The notes under the pieces: generated by a model | Told to the model about the DNA's origin: nothing | Seen by the model: only the letters and a program-made list of their open reading frames with translations | Database searches by the model: none | Origin: Vulcanimicrobiales bacterium | GTDB lineage: Bacteria; Vulcanimicrobiota; Vulcanimicrobiia; Vulcanimicrobiales; Vulcanimicrobiaceae | Assembly: GCA_038231455.1 (NCBI GenBank) | Contig: JBBRLI010000009.1 | Span: 71,159 to 135,158 of the forward strand | DNA: 64,000 nucleotides | Direction: 5' to 3' | Position numbers and translations under genes: made by a program | Shown here: one piece after another, positions 1 through 8,449 of the stretch | How the letters are laid out: each line of letters begins with the position of its first letter | How positions within the stretch are numbered: the stretch's first letter is position 1

Positions 1-51
1 CGGGACCGGATCGTGGAATACAAGCGCCGGATCTACGGCCAAACTCCCTAG
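1..51 (+). CDS. C-terminal fragment of a FlbD-like flagellar protein (gene runs off the 5' edge)
   Basis: Frame 1 reads RDRIVEYKRRIYGQTP then TAG at 49-51. The IVEYKRRI tail resembles the conserved FlbD C-terminus, and flbD-motA-motB is the usual order in Firmicute/spirochaete-type loci. Only 16 codons are visible. Confidence 0.3.
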   Translation, partial: RDRIVEYKRRIYGQTP

Positions 52-77
52 CCAAGCCGCAGGTTGCTTTCTTGCCT

Positions 78-105
78 TAAGGCGAAAGCGTTTCCTAACC
101 GATAG
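78..105 (+). promoter_or_regulatory. Candidate sigma-28 (FliA/SigD)-type promoter upstream of motA
   Basis: TAAG (78-81), a 16-nt spacer, then ACCGATAG (98-105), compared with the consensus TAAA-N15-GCCGATAA. It ends 37 nt before the motA TTG start. motAB is classically sigma-28 dependent. Confidence 0.4.
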
Positions 106-142
106 ACCTTGGTAGACCCGCTTTTATCGAAAGGCTCGTGTT

Positions 143-982
143 TTGGATTTCGCGACGATTATTGGCCTTGTGCTAGCCTTTGGAGCCGTGGTTGCTTCGG
201 CATTCATCGGTGACCTCGACTTCAAGACCCTCTGGCAGCCCTCGGCGATCATTTTGGTCGTCGGCGGCACGTTCGGCGCGACGATCATCTCGTTTCCGCT
301 CAAGACGTTCTTGTCGGGGTTCGTGGGCGGATTCAAGACCGCGTTCCGCGAGCCGGTGTATCACGAAAAAGAGATTATCGCGACGCTCGTGTCGTTCGCT
401 GAGAAAGCGCGCCGTGAGGGGTTGCTCGCACTCGAAAACGAGGCGGCTGCACTCGAAGATGAATTCATGCGTAAAGGCATTCAGCTCGTTATCGACGGCC
501 GCGATACCGACATCATCCGCAAGATCTTGGAAACAGAAGTCGGTTTCGTCCAAGAACGCGGCGTGAAATCCGAGATGGTTTTCGGTACGCTCGGCGGGTA
601 CTCGCCGACGCTTGGCATCATCGGGACGGTGCTCGGCCTCATCGGCATGCTGCGCGCGCTCGGCGGACCCGCCGCAAGCGGCGCGGGGGGCGGCTCGATT
701 ACCGGCACGCTCGGCAATTCGACGGCTGAAGCATTCGTCGCGACGTTCTTCGGCATTTTGCTTGCGAACTTGCTGTGGCTGCCGATCTCATCGAAGATCA
801 AAGAACGCAACGCGCAACTCATGATGCTGCGCGAGATCATGATCGAGGGCATCCTCTCGATCCAGGCCGGCGACAATCCGCGCCTGCTCGAAGAAAAACT
901 GCATGCCTACCTCGATCCGAACGACCGTGCCTCGGATGTCGAAGAAGGCGGCGCCGTCGGCGAGCCGAGCTACCAGAACTAA
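143..982 (+). CDS. motA: Flagellar stator protein MotA
   Basis: 279 aa with a TTG start. The N-terminus MDFATIIG is typical of MotA, and the MotA/TolQ/ExbB channel core is present (GYSPTLGIIGTVLGLIGML ... FVATFFGILLANLLWLPI). It lies directly upstream of motB. Confidence 0.9.
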   Translation: MDFATIIGLVLAFGAVVASAFIGDLDFKTLWQPSAIILVVGGTFGATIISFPLKTFLSGFVGGFKTAFREPVYHEKEIIATLVSFAEKARREGLLALENEAAALEDEFMRKGIQLVIDGRDTDIIRKILETEVGFVQERGVKSEMVFGTLGGYSPTLGIIGTVLGLIGMLRALGGPAASGAGGGSITGTLGNSTAEAFVATFFGILLANLLWLPISSKIKERNAQLMMLREIMIEGILSIQAGDNPRLLEEKLHAYLDPNDRASDVEEGGAVGEPSYQN

Positions 983-988
983 CCGCTC

Positions 989-1765
989 GTGGCAATCATA
1001 ACGAAGGCCGCTGCCGCACGCGGCGACTCGCAGCAAAAGAAGAAGAAGGTCGCCGAAAAGATGGAGAGCGCCGGCATGATGCGCTGGCTGCTCACCTATG
1101 CCGACATGATCACCCTGCTGCTCGCACTCTTCATCATTCTTTTCGCTATCTCGACCATCAGCCGCGTCAAGTTTCAGACATTCGCAAAAGATATTTCAGC
1201 CGGCTTCAACAACGATTACGCAATCAACAATCCGCCCAACGGCGGCACGACGGGTTCGCAGACCGGGTCCAACGGCGAGGCAAACCTCAAAACGATCCAG
1301 ATTCAAGTCAAGAGCTACGTTCGTCAGAAACAGCTCGAAAAGAAAGTCGAAACGCGCATCGACAAGCGAGGCCTGGTTATCACCCTGCTCACCGATAAGG
1401 CGCTCTACGACAGCGGCTCGGCCGTGCTCAAGCCCGAGACCGCGCAATTGCTCGACGATGTCGTCAAACAGCTGCGCGCGCATAGCAATGAAATTCGCGT
1501 CGAAGGCAACACCGATACCGACCCGATTGCGACCTCGTCGTACCCGACCAACTGGGAACTCTCGACGGCGCGTGCGACGGGGGTCCTCCGGTACCTGGTC
1601 GAGCACGATCAATTCGACCCGCGTCGAATCTCCGCTGCGGGATACGGCCAGTTTCAGCCGCGAATCCCGAACGATACCGAGGCCCACAAGCAACTCAATC
1701 GCCGGGTCGATATCGTGATTCTTAACGGTCAGTTTGCACACGCCGAAGGCGGGGGAGCCCAGTAG
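989..1765 (+). CDS. motB: Flagellar stator protein MotB (OmpA-like peptidoglycan-binding C-terminus)
   Basis: 258 aa with a GTG start. It has a basic KKKK stretch and a single TM carrying the conserved Asp (LLTYADMITLLLALF). The C-terminal OmpA-like domain is recognisable (NTDTDPI ... NWELSTARA ... NRRVDIVI). Confidence 0.9.
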   Translation: MAIITKAAAARGDSQQKKKKVAEKMESAGMMRWLLTYADMITLLLALFIILFAISTISRVKFQTFAKDISAGFNNDYAINNPPNGGTTGSQTGSNGEANLKTIQIQVKSYVRQKQLEKKVETRIDKRGLVITLLTDKALYDSGSAVLKPETAQLLDDVVKQLRAHSNEIRVEGNTDTDPIATSSYPTNWELSTARATGVLRYLVEHDQFDPRRISAAGYGQFQPRIPNDTEAHKQLNRRVDIVILNGQFAHAEGGGAQ

Positions 1766-1768
1766 CCT

Positions 1769-2758
1769 ATGTCGATGCTCTCGCAAGAAGAAATTGACGC
1801 GTTAGTCAATCAGCTTGCCGCTCCCGATACCGAAGGGCCGGGCCTCGAAGGCCGCAAGATCAAATCGTTCGACTTCCGCTTCACCAAGCGCCTCGAGAAG
1901 TTTTCGAACAACCAACTGCAGACGTTGCGAACGCTCCACGACAACTTCACGCATTTGCTCAACAACTCGCTCTCGGTCTATCTGCGCACGCGGGTCGAGG
2001 CAACGATCGTCTCGATCGAACAAATCAGCTACGGCGACTTCATCGCCTCGATCGGCATTCCGTCGATCCTCTCGATCTTCTCCATGGACCCGCTACCGGG
2101 ATCGGGCATCGTCCAAGTCGATCTCAACCTCGTTTTCTCGATCATCGACCGGCTGCTCGGCGGTCCGGGTTGGTATCCGCAAAAGCTTCGCGATCTCACC
2201 GATATCGAGCGCACGCTCATGCAGCGCTTCATGGCCCGTATGCTCAATAGCTACCGCGAGTCGTGGAACTATCTGCTGACGCTCTCGCTCAAGATCGAGG
2301 CGCTGGACTCCAACCCGCAGTTCATCCCGCGCATCATTCCGCTCGACCAGATCGTGGCGTACGTCAGCTGCGAACTCAAAGTCGGCGATATGGCTGGCGT
2401 GATGAACTTCTGCCTGCCGTATCTTGTGCTGCAGTCGATCGGCCCGCAACTCTCCGACTTCCAGTGGTCACCCTCGGTCGTCGCTGGCCGCGGTATGACG
2501 GAAGAAGACATCGCGCAGCTCGTACGCAACGTGGAGCGCGCCGAAGTCGATCTGACGGTCGAACTCGGTCGCACGATCGTCTCGCTGCGCGACCTGATCG
2601 CGCTCCAGCCGGGCGACGTCGTGCTCTTCGATAAAGACGTGACGCAGCCGCTGATCGCAAAAGCCAACGACGTCGAGAAATTCAAAGTGTTTCCCGGATT
2701 GCACCGTGACAAGCTCGCGGTCTCGGTCGCCGAGATCATCGAAAGTGAGGACCAGTAA
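1769..2758 (+). CDS. fliM: Flagellar motor switch protein FliM
   Basis: 329 aa. The N-terminal CheY-P docking peptide LSQEEIDAL is present, followed by a FliM middle domain and a SpoA-like C-terminus. There is only a 3-nt gap after motB, so no fliL lies between them. Confidence 0.9.
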   Translation: MSMLSQEEIDALVNQLAAPDTEGPGLEGRKIKSFDFRFTKRLEKFSNNQLQTLRTLHDNFTHLLNNSLSVYLRTRVEATIVSIEQISYGDFIASIGIPSILSIFSMDPLPGSGIVQVDLNLVFSIIDRLLGGPGWYPQKLRDLTDIERTLMQRFMARMLNSYRESWNYLLTLSLKIEALDSNPQFIPRIIPLDQIVAYVSCELKVGDMAGVMNFCLPYLVLQSIGPQLSDFQWSPSVVAGRGMTEEDIAQLVRNVERAEVDLTVELGRTIVSLRDLIALQPGDVVLFDKDVTQPLIAKANDVEKFKVFPGLHRDKLAVSVAEIIESEDQ

Positions 2759-3637
2759 GTGTCTCCCGTTTCCTCGATGCGCGGAGTCGCCGATGCGATG
2801 TTCGCCTCGGCCGCCGCGGTGCTCGCAACGCTGGTCGACCGCACGGTCAATGCCGGCCCGACCGAAGAAGCCAAAAGCGAATCCTCGATTCGCGTTGAGG
2901 CCGACACCGTCGCGACGATGACCTCGATCCCAAGCGCAGGCGTTTCGTTCGTCGTTCGCTACGCCAAGGCGGATCTCGGTACCGTCGTGGGCATCATGCT
3001 CGGAACGCCGACCGGCGGCGAGCTCGATGCAATGCAGCTCTCGATCGTCTCTGAGACGGTCGCGCAGATTTCAAGCGCCATGGGCGAGCGCGTCGCGCAG
3101 AACATGGGCGTCTCGGCGGATGGAATTCATTCCGACGTCGTCACCGATGCGGGCACGTTTCCGGCGCCGCCGTTCGATTCGTACCGGTCGACGCTCGCAC
3201 TCGGCGAGGACATGAAGTCACTTCTTACTATCGATTTCGATGGGATGGCAAAAAACAAAATGGAAGGCCCGGCTCCGGCACCCGCTGCCCCGGCTCCCGC
3301 TCCGCGTGCGGCGAATCCGCCGCCCGCAACGCAGGCGGTCGCGTTCACCCAGATGGCCCCAACTCCGATCCGACCGGCCCCGCACGGCCATGCGAATCTC
3401 GATCTCGTGCACGACATTCCGCTGCAGATCTCCGCGGTGCTCGGTATGACCTCGCTCTCGCTACGCGACGTGGTCGCGCTCCAGAGCGGATCGGTCTTCG
3501 AACTCGACAAAGCCTCAACCGATCCGATCGACCTTTATGTGAACAACATCCTCATCGCGCGCGGTGAAGTGGTCGTGGTCGACGATAAATACGCGGTGAA
3601 GATCAACGAGCTCAACCCGCACGTGGAGAAAGTCTAG
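2759..3637 (+). CDS. fliN: Flagellar C-ring protein FliN/FliY (SpoA domain plus long N-terminal CheC-like extension and Pro/Ala linker)
   Basis: 292 aa with a GTG start immediately after the fliM stop. The C-terminus LDLVHDIPLQISAVLG...LYVNNILIARGEVVVVDDKYAVKINEL is a classic FliN/SpoA domain. The N-terminal ~150 aa aligns loosely to CheC repeats, but the E and N of the D/S-x3-E-x2-N motif are replaced. Confidence 0.85.
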   Translation: MSPVSSMRGVADAMFASAAAVLATLVDRTVNAGPTEEAKSESSIRVEADTVATMTSIPSAGVSFVVRYAKADLGTVVGIMLGTPTGGELDAMQLSIVSETVAQISSAMGERVAQNMGVSADGIHSDVVTDAGTFPAPPFDSYRSTLALGEDMKSLLTIDFDGMAKNKMEGPAPAPAAPAPAPRAANPPPATQAVAFTQMAPTPIRPAPHGHANLDLVHDIPLQISAVLGMTSLSLRDVVALQSGSVFELDKASTDPIDLYVNNILIARGEVVVVDDKYAVKINELNPHVEKV

Positions 3638-3652
3638 CGCCGGGCTAGCACG

Positions 3653-4006
3653 ATGGATACGGGGTTCTACCTGCGCGTCGTTTGGGCGTTTGCCCTCATC
3701 GCGCTCGTCCTCTACGGCCTGACGTATCTCGTGAAAATTCTCGGGCGCGGGCGTCTCATCGTCGCAAGCGAGCGTCGTTTAGTCTCGGTTATCGAATCGA
3801 CGATGGTGGCGCAAAATACCGCCCTCCACGTCGTGAAGATCGCCGACAAATTCTACTTGGTCGGAGGCGGGATGGGCCATATCGCGCTCATCAGTGAACT
3901 GCCCGCCGACTCCGTTGCGCCGTGGATCGAGCAGCAAAAGAAATCACTCGGCGATCAGCGCGATGCCCTCACATCGTTCCTCGCCCGCTTTCGGAAGCAA
4001 TCGTGA
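3653..4006 (+). CDS. fliO: Flagellar export protein FliO/FliZ
   Basis: 117 aa with a single N-terminal TM (VVWAFALIALVLYGLTYLV). It occupies the position directly before fliP, and its stop overlaps the fliP start. Confidence 0.7.
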   Translation: MDTGFYLRVVWAFALIALVLYGLTYLVKILGRGRLIVASERRLVSVIESTMVAQNTALHVVKIADKFYLVGGGMGHIALISELPADSVAPWIEQQKKSLGDQRDALTSFLARFRKQS

Positions 4007-4791
4007 TCCGTCGTCTCCTGCCGTATCTCTTCACGCTGATCGGCGCGCTTGCAATCGTGCTCGCTTTCACGCATCCCGCACTCGCGCAAACGGCGCCGAC
4101 GGCCCCAACGATCGCGATTCCGAAAATCAACTTCGGTATAACGGGTTCGAATAAGCCCGCAGACGTCGCGCTCTCGCTGCAGATCCTCGTCCTGCTCACC
4201 GTGCTGACGCTCGCGCCGACGCTCCTCGTCCTGCTCACCTCGTTCACGCGTATCGTCATCGTGCTTTCGTTCGTGCGCACGGCGCTCGGCACGCAGCAAG
4301 TGCCGCCGACCCAAGTCCTCGTCGGGCTCTCGCTGCTTTTGACGTTCTTCATCATGCAGCCGGTCATCACCGATGTGAACAAGAACGCCCTTCAGCCGTA
4401 TCTTGCAAACAAGATTTCGCAAGGGAAGGCTTTGGATACCGCGGCGAAGCCACTACGCAAATTTATGTTCAAGCAGACGCGCGAGAAAGACATCGCGCTC
4501 TTCTATTCGCTTTCCAAAGAGACGAAGCAGCCGCGCAATCAGGACGACGTCCCGACCTATTTGTTGATTCCGGCTTTCGTGATCTCCGAACTCAAGACGG
4601 CTTTTGAGATCGGCTTTGCAATCTACATTCCGTTCATCGTGATCGACATGGTGGTCGCCTCGGTCTTGCTCTCGATGGGCATGATGATGATTCCACCGGT
4701 CTTGATCTCGCTGCCGTTCAAGATTTTGATCTTCTTGCTCGTCGACGGCTGGAACCTGACGATCAACGCGCTCTTCCAGAGTTTCCGATGA
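4003..4791 (+). CDS. fliP: Flagellar export apparatus protein FliP
   Basis: The ORF track gives 3922-4791. I place the start at GTG 4003, which forms a GTGA overlap with the fliO stop. This gives a signal-like N-terminus (LFTLIGALAIVLAFTHPALA) followed by the conserved FliP core (LTSFTRIVIVLSFVRTALG, IPAFVISELKTAFEIGF). Confidence 0.9.
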   Translation: MIRRLLPYLFTLIGALAIVLAFTHPALAQTAPTAPTIAIPKINFGITGSNKPADVALSLQILVLLTVLTLAPTLLVLLTSFTRIVIVLSFVRTALGTQQVPPTQVLVGLSLLLTFFIMQPVITDVNKNALQPYLANKISQGKALDTAAKPLRKFMFKQTREKDIALFYSLSKETKQPRNQDDVPTYLLIPAFVISELKTAFEIGFAIYIPFIVIDMVVASVLLSMGMMMIPPVLISLPFKILIFLLVDGWNLTINALFQSFR

Positions 4792-5057
4792 CCTTCGCAA
4801 CCGCACTCTCGCTCGGGCGCGACGCGATCGTCGTGACGCTCTTGGTTTGCGCGCCCGCGCTCTTGCTCGGTCTCTTCACGGGTCTTGCCGTTTCGATTTT
4901 CCAGGCGGTGACGCAGATCCAGGAGCCGACGCTCACGTTCATCCCCAAAATCGTCGTCGTGGCGCTCGCACTCTTGTTCTTCGGACCATTTATGCTCGCG
5001 CTCTTAACCGATTTTACGAGTCGTGTCTTTTCCAATTTGCCGGCCTACATCAAGTAG
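4788..5057 (+). CDS. fliQ: Flagellar export apparatus protein FliQ
   Basis: 89 aa, two-TM protein with an ATGA overlap with the fliP stop. Size and position are canonical. Confidence 0.85.
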   Translation: MTFATALSLGRDAIVVTLLVCAPALLLGLFTGLAVSIFQAVTQIQEPTLTFIPKIVVVALALLFFGPFMLALLTDFTSRVFSNLPAYIK

Positions 5058-5063
5058 GGCCGA

Positions 5064-5846
5064 ATGACCGATCTGTACGGACTTGGCACCCCTCGTCTCG
5101 AGACCTATTTCCTTATCGCGATTCGCGTCGGGTTCATGCTCTCGCTCATGCCGGTGCTCTCGGCCCGTCAGATCCCGCCGTTGATCCGGATCGGGATCAT
5201 GTTGATCCTGACGTTTCTAATTGCCAAGCTCGTCCCGGTCGTCCATGCCTTGAGCCTGGGTCAACTCGCGATCGCCATCATCGAACAGGCGGTCGTCGGA
5301 CTGGTCTATGGGTTCGTCGCGTTCTTGGTGTTCAACGGGATTCAGTTTGCCGGTGAGATCCTCGACATCCAAATCGGCTATGGCGTCGTCAACGTCATCA
5401 ATCCGCAGACACAGCAGCAAGTGACGATCATCGGCGAATTCCAGCTTGCCTTCGCCACGCTCGTGTACTTGATCACGAATTCCCATCACTACCTCATCGC
5501 CGGTATCGTCGGATCGTTCAACCTCCTCCCGCTGCCGGATATCGCGCTCAACGCGGTGGCGCTCTCCGACGTCGTGCACTTTTTCACGCAGTCGCTCTTT
5601 ATCGTGTTTCAAATCGCCGCGCCCGTCGCCGTCGCGCTGTTCCTCGTCAACATTGCGCTTGCGCTGATGGCGCGCGTGGCTCCGCAGATGAATATCTTCG
5701 CCGTCGGGTTTCCGCTGCAAATCATGGTCGGTCTCCTGATGATCATCGTCTCGTTTCCGCTCCTCGGCACGGTACTGCCGCAAATCTTCAGCGACGTTCC
5801 GCAGCGCTTGGACACCGTCATGCGCGCGTTGCAGCCGGCAAAATAA
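5064..5846 (+). CDS. fliR: Flagellar export apparatus protein FliR
   Basis: 260 aa polytopic membrane protein lying between fliQ and flhB. Confidence 0.85.
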   Translation: MTDLYGLGTPRLETYFLIAIRVGFMLSLMPVLSARQIPPLIRIGIMLILTFLIAKLVPVVHALSLGQLAIAIIEQAVVGLVYGFVAFLVFNGIQFAGEILDIQIGYGVVNVINPQTQQQVTIIGEFQLAFATLVYLITNSHHYLIAGIVGSFNLLPLPDIALNAVALSDVVHFFTQSLFIVFQIAAPVAVALFLVNIALALMARVAPQMNIFAVGFPLQIMVGLLMIIVSFPLLGTVLPQIFSDVPQRLDTVMRALQPAK

Positions 5847-5849
5847 CCG

Positions 5850-6917
5850 GTGGCAAAGCCGGAGCAAACAGAGAAGGCGACACCCAAACGCGTTCGCGAG
5901 GCGCGCGAGCGCGGACAGGTTTCGCGCTCGGTCGATATCGGTGGCGCCTCGATTTTCCTTGCCATCATCACGACGATCCATGTCGGTTTCCTTGCGACGA
6001 TGGATATGATGGGCAAAGACTTCATCATCGCCCTGAGCAACCTCGGGACGCGCGAAGAAGTCAACATCTTTTCGACCTGGCATCTCTTCATTCGCTCGGG
6101 GCTGCCGTACGCGGCTTTGCTCGGGTTGATCTTTCTTGCGGCGCTAACGATCGGCGTCGGCGCAAATTTACTGCAGTTCGGGTTTCTCTTTTCTCCGAAG
6201 CTTCTGCAGCCGAAATTTAGCAAGCTCAACCCGCTCGCTGGAATCAAACGCACGTTCTTCTCGCCGCAGTCACTCGTCAATCTTGTCAAGCAACTGGCCA
6301 AACTCAGCGTCGTCGTGGTTATCGTGTATCTCGGCGTCAAGGACAACGTCTCGCATTTCATGAGCCTCGCGCACGTTGCTCCGCGCGAGATCATGCAGTT
6401 TACCGAAGGCATCTGCTACGGAATCGGCGTGCGCTTCGGAATACTGCTCCTGGCGCTCGGTATCGCCGACTATTTTTGGGAGAAGAAGCAACTCGGCGAT
6501 TCGCTCAAGATGACCAAGACCGAAGTCAAAGACGAGAACAAACAGTCCGAAGGTAATCCCGAGGCAAAAGCAGCGCTGCGCAACCGGCAACGTGCGATGG
6601 CGCGGCGCCGCATGATGGCCGCCGTCCCCAAAGCAACGGTCGTGGTGACGAACCCCACCCACTACGCAATCGCCCTGGAGTGGGACGAACTCACAATGGC
6701 CGCGCCCGTGATCACGGCCAAAGGGGCCGATCTGCTCGCCAAACGTATTCGCGAGATTGCCAAAGAAAACAACGTCCCGATTATGGAGAACCCGCCTCTC
6801 GCGCGCGCGCTCTACGACAAAGTGGCGCTCGATTCGCCGGTGCCGGCCGATCTCTATTCCGCCGTCGCGCAGGTCATTGCGTTCGTCTACCGTCTCAAAA
6901 ACAAAACAATCGCTTAG
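5850..6917 (+). CDS. flhB: Flagellar export switch protein FlhB
   Basis: 355 aa. The N-terminus EKATPKRVREARERGQVSRS is typical of FlhB. The NPTH autocleavage site is present (VVVTNPTHYAIAL), and the C-terminus reads PLARALY. Confidence 0.92.
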   Translation: MAKPEQTEKATPKRVREARERGQVSRSVDIGGASIFLAIITTIHVGFLATMDMMGKDFIIALSNLGTREEVNIFSTWHLFIRSGLPYAALLGLIFLAALTIGVGANLLQFGFLFSPKLLQPKFSKLNPLAGIKRTFFSPQSLVNLVKQLAKLSVVVVIVYLGVKDNVSHFMSLAHVAPREIMQFTEGICYGIGVRFGILLLALGIADYFWEKKQLGDSLKMTKTEVKDENKQSEGNPEAKAALRNRQRAMARRRMMAAVPKATVVVTNPTHYAIALEWDELTMAAPVITAKGADLLAKRIREIAKENNVPIMENPPLARALYDKVALDSPVPADLYSAVAQVIAFVYRLKNKTIA

Positions 6918-6989
6918 CGCATTTGTAAGATAATCAAGACCGTCAACGGGCGGTAGCCGCGTTGTTGCTAGCGAACCCCCACCGAACAA

Positions 6990-8393
6990 ATGCTAAGTTT
7001 TGCGACGTCGCCCGTTAGCGTACGTCAACGGACAATCGGTTTCGGTGCCCTCACCCTGCTCGGTCTTACGACGCTGCTGGGATTCGCATTTGCGCGTGTC
7101 CCGCTTCCCGGAGTCGACGTGTTCGTGCCAATGGTCGCCGCCGCGGTGATCGTTCTGGGCTTGGTGATGTGCTTGATCGTCGCCGGCCAGGCGCTGGTGG
7201 CGCGCAACGCCTCGCTTGCGGTCTTTGCCGGTTCGTTTATCACGGGCGTCTTCATGGTCGTCCCGCAGATCCTCATCTACCGCTTGGGTGGGGAACGCGG
7301 CTGGATCGGGGCAGGCAATGTCTCTTCCGTCTGGTCTTGGATCTTCGCGCAAATTCTCGAGGCCGCCAGTATCGCGGTTTACTTGTGGTTCGATACCCGT
7401 TCGATTCGGCGTCTCACCGCGCGCGAGATTTGGCGCCTTCTCATCGCGGTCGTCGTGGTCGCATCGGTTGCCGCGGGCGCGCTCGGATCACTTGCGATCT
7501 TCGGGACGGATGTCTTGCCGACGATCGCGTACGCTACCGGCGTCGTAAAGAACGTCACAGCCGAGCGTATTTTTGTCCTGTTGATCGTCGTTCGTCTGGG
7601 GATTCTCGTTGCGGCTGCGATCGTCACGCGTGGTCGAACGGTCCTCAACCTGTGGCTGATCGTGGTGCTCGCCGCGTTGTTGGGCGATGTCCTGATCACG
7701 CTGACGGCGGGGATGCGCTTTAGCGTCGGCTGGTATCTCGGTCGGATCGAGGACCTCCTCGCCGTTGGGGCGATGTCGATCGCCTATTTGATCGAACTCA
7801 CCACGACGTCGGCGGGACTAGCCGAACTTGCGACGATCGACGGACTAACGGGCGTCGGTAACCGGCGACTCTACGACGACCGGCTCCTCACCGCATACCG
7901 GAATGCGATTCGGCATGAGCAGCCACTCGGGCTGGTCCTTATCGACGTGGATCATTTTAAATCGTTCAACGACGCCTACGGCCACCTCGCAGGCGATGAC
8001 GCCCTTCGCGTCATTGCTCGCGTGATGAAAGAGTCGCTCGGCCGCTCGGTCGATATCGTCGCTCGCGTCGGAGGCGAAGAATTCGCGGTCCTCTTGCCCG
8101 CGTCTGACGAAGCCGGCGCCCTGGTCGTGGCCGAGCGGATCCGGCGCGGCATCGAGGCGCTCGCAATTCCGCAGGCGGGCGCCCCGGCGGGCGTTCTTAC
8201 CGTCTCGCTAGGCGCGACTTCGCTAGCCGCCGATGACTCGACGTCGAGTTTTGCTGCCCGCGCCGACGCCGCGCTCTACCGGGCAAAGGCGCTCGGCCGC
8301 AACCGGACGGTCACTTCGAGCGGCCGCCTCGGGGGGTTGCCGCGGCTGTGTAAAATCGCAGGTTCGCGGCATCACAATCGGCAAGCCAAGTAG
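6990..8393 (+). CDS. Polytopic membrane diguanylate cyclase (GGDEF domain, GGEEF active site, RxxD I-site)
   Basis: 467 aa. About 270 aa of hydrophobic helices are followed by DGLTGVGNRRLYDD...DVDHFKSFNDAYGHLAGD...RSVDIVARVGGEEFAVLL...ALYRAKALGRNR. It is inserted between flhB and flhA on the same strand. Confidence 0.88.
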   Translation: MLSFATSPVSVRQRTIGFGALTLLGLTTLLGFAFARVPLPGVDVFVPMVAAAVIVLGLVMCLIVAGQALVARNASLAVFAGSFITGVFMVVPQILIYRLGGERGWIGAGNVSSVWSWIFAQILEAASIAVYLWFDTRSIRRLTAREIWRLLIAVVVVASVAAGALGSLAIFGTDVLPTIAYATGVVKNVTAERIFVLLIVVRLGILVAAAIVTRGRTVLNLWLIVVLAALLGDVLITLTAGMRFSVGWYLGRIEDLLAVGAMSIAYLIELTTTSAGLAELATIDGLTGVGNRRLYDDRLLTAYRNAIRHEQPLGLVLIDVDHFKSFNDAYGHLAGDDALRVIARVMKESLGRSVDIVARVGGEEFAVLLPASDEAGALVVAERIRRGIEALAIPQAGAPAGVLTVSLGATSLAADDSTSSFAARADAALYRAKALGRNRTVTSSGRLGGLPRLCKIAGSRHHNRQAK

Positions 8394-8418
8394 TGTGAGC
8401 GCGCCTTGGTGCCGATAC
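8391..8418 (+). promoter_or_regulatory. Possible sigma-28-like promoter upstream of flhA (weaker -35)
   Basis: TAGT (8391-8394), a 16-nt spacer, then GCCGATAC (8411-8418). It ends 31 nt before the flhA TTG start, with an AGGAGC ribosome-binding site in between. The -10 element is good and the -35 is poor. Confidence 0.25.
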
Positions 8419-8449
8419 CTACAGTAATGCTAGGAGCGGGGAGTTTTCT

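Noticed and set aside
143-1765. MotA/MotB as ZorA/ZorB of a Zorya anti-phage system.
   Set aside because: They are embedded between flbD and fliM in a complete flagellar operon. They are of normal stator size, with an OmpA-like MotB C-terminus, and no ZorC/ZorD-like genes follow.
6918-6989. A fourth sigma-28-like motif upstream of the GGDEF gene (TAAG ... GCGGTAG).
   Set aside because: The spacer is about 20 nt instead of 15-16, and the -10 deviates at the key CGATA positions. It is not comparable to the other three motifs.
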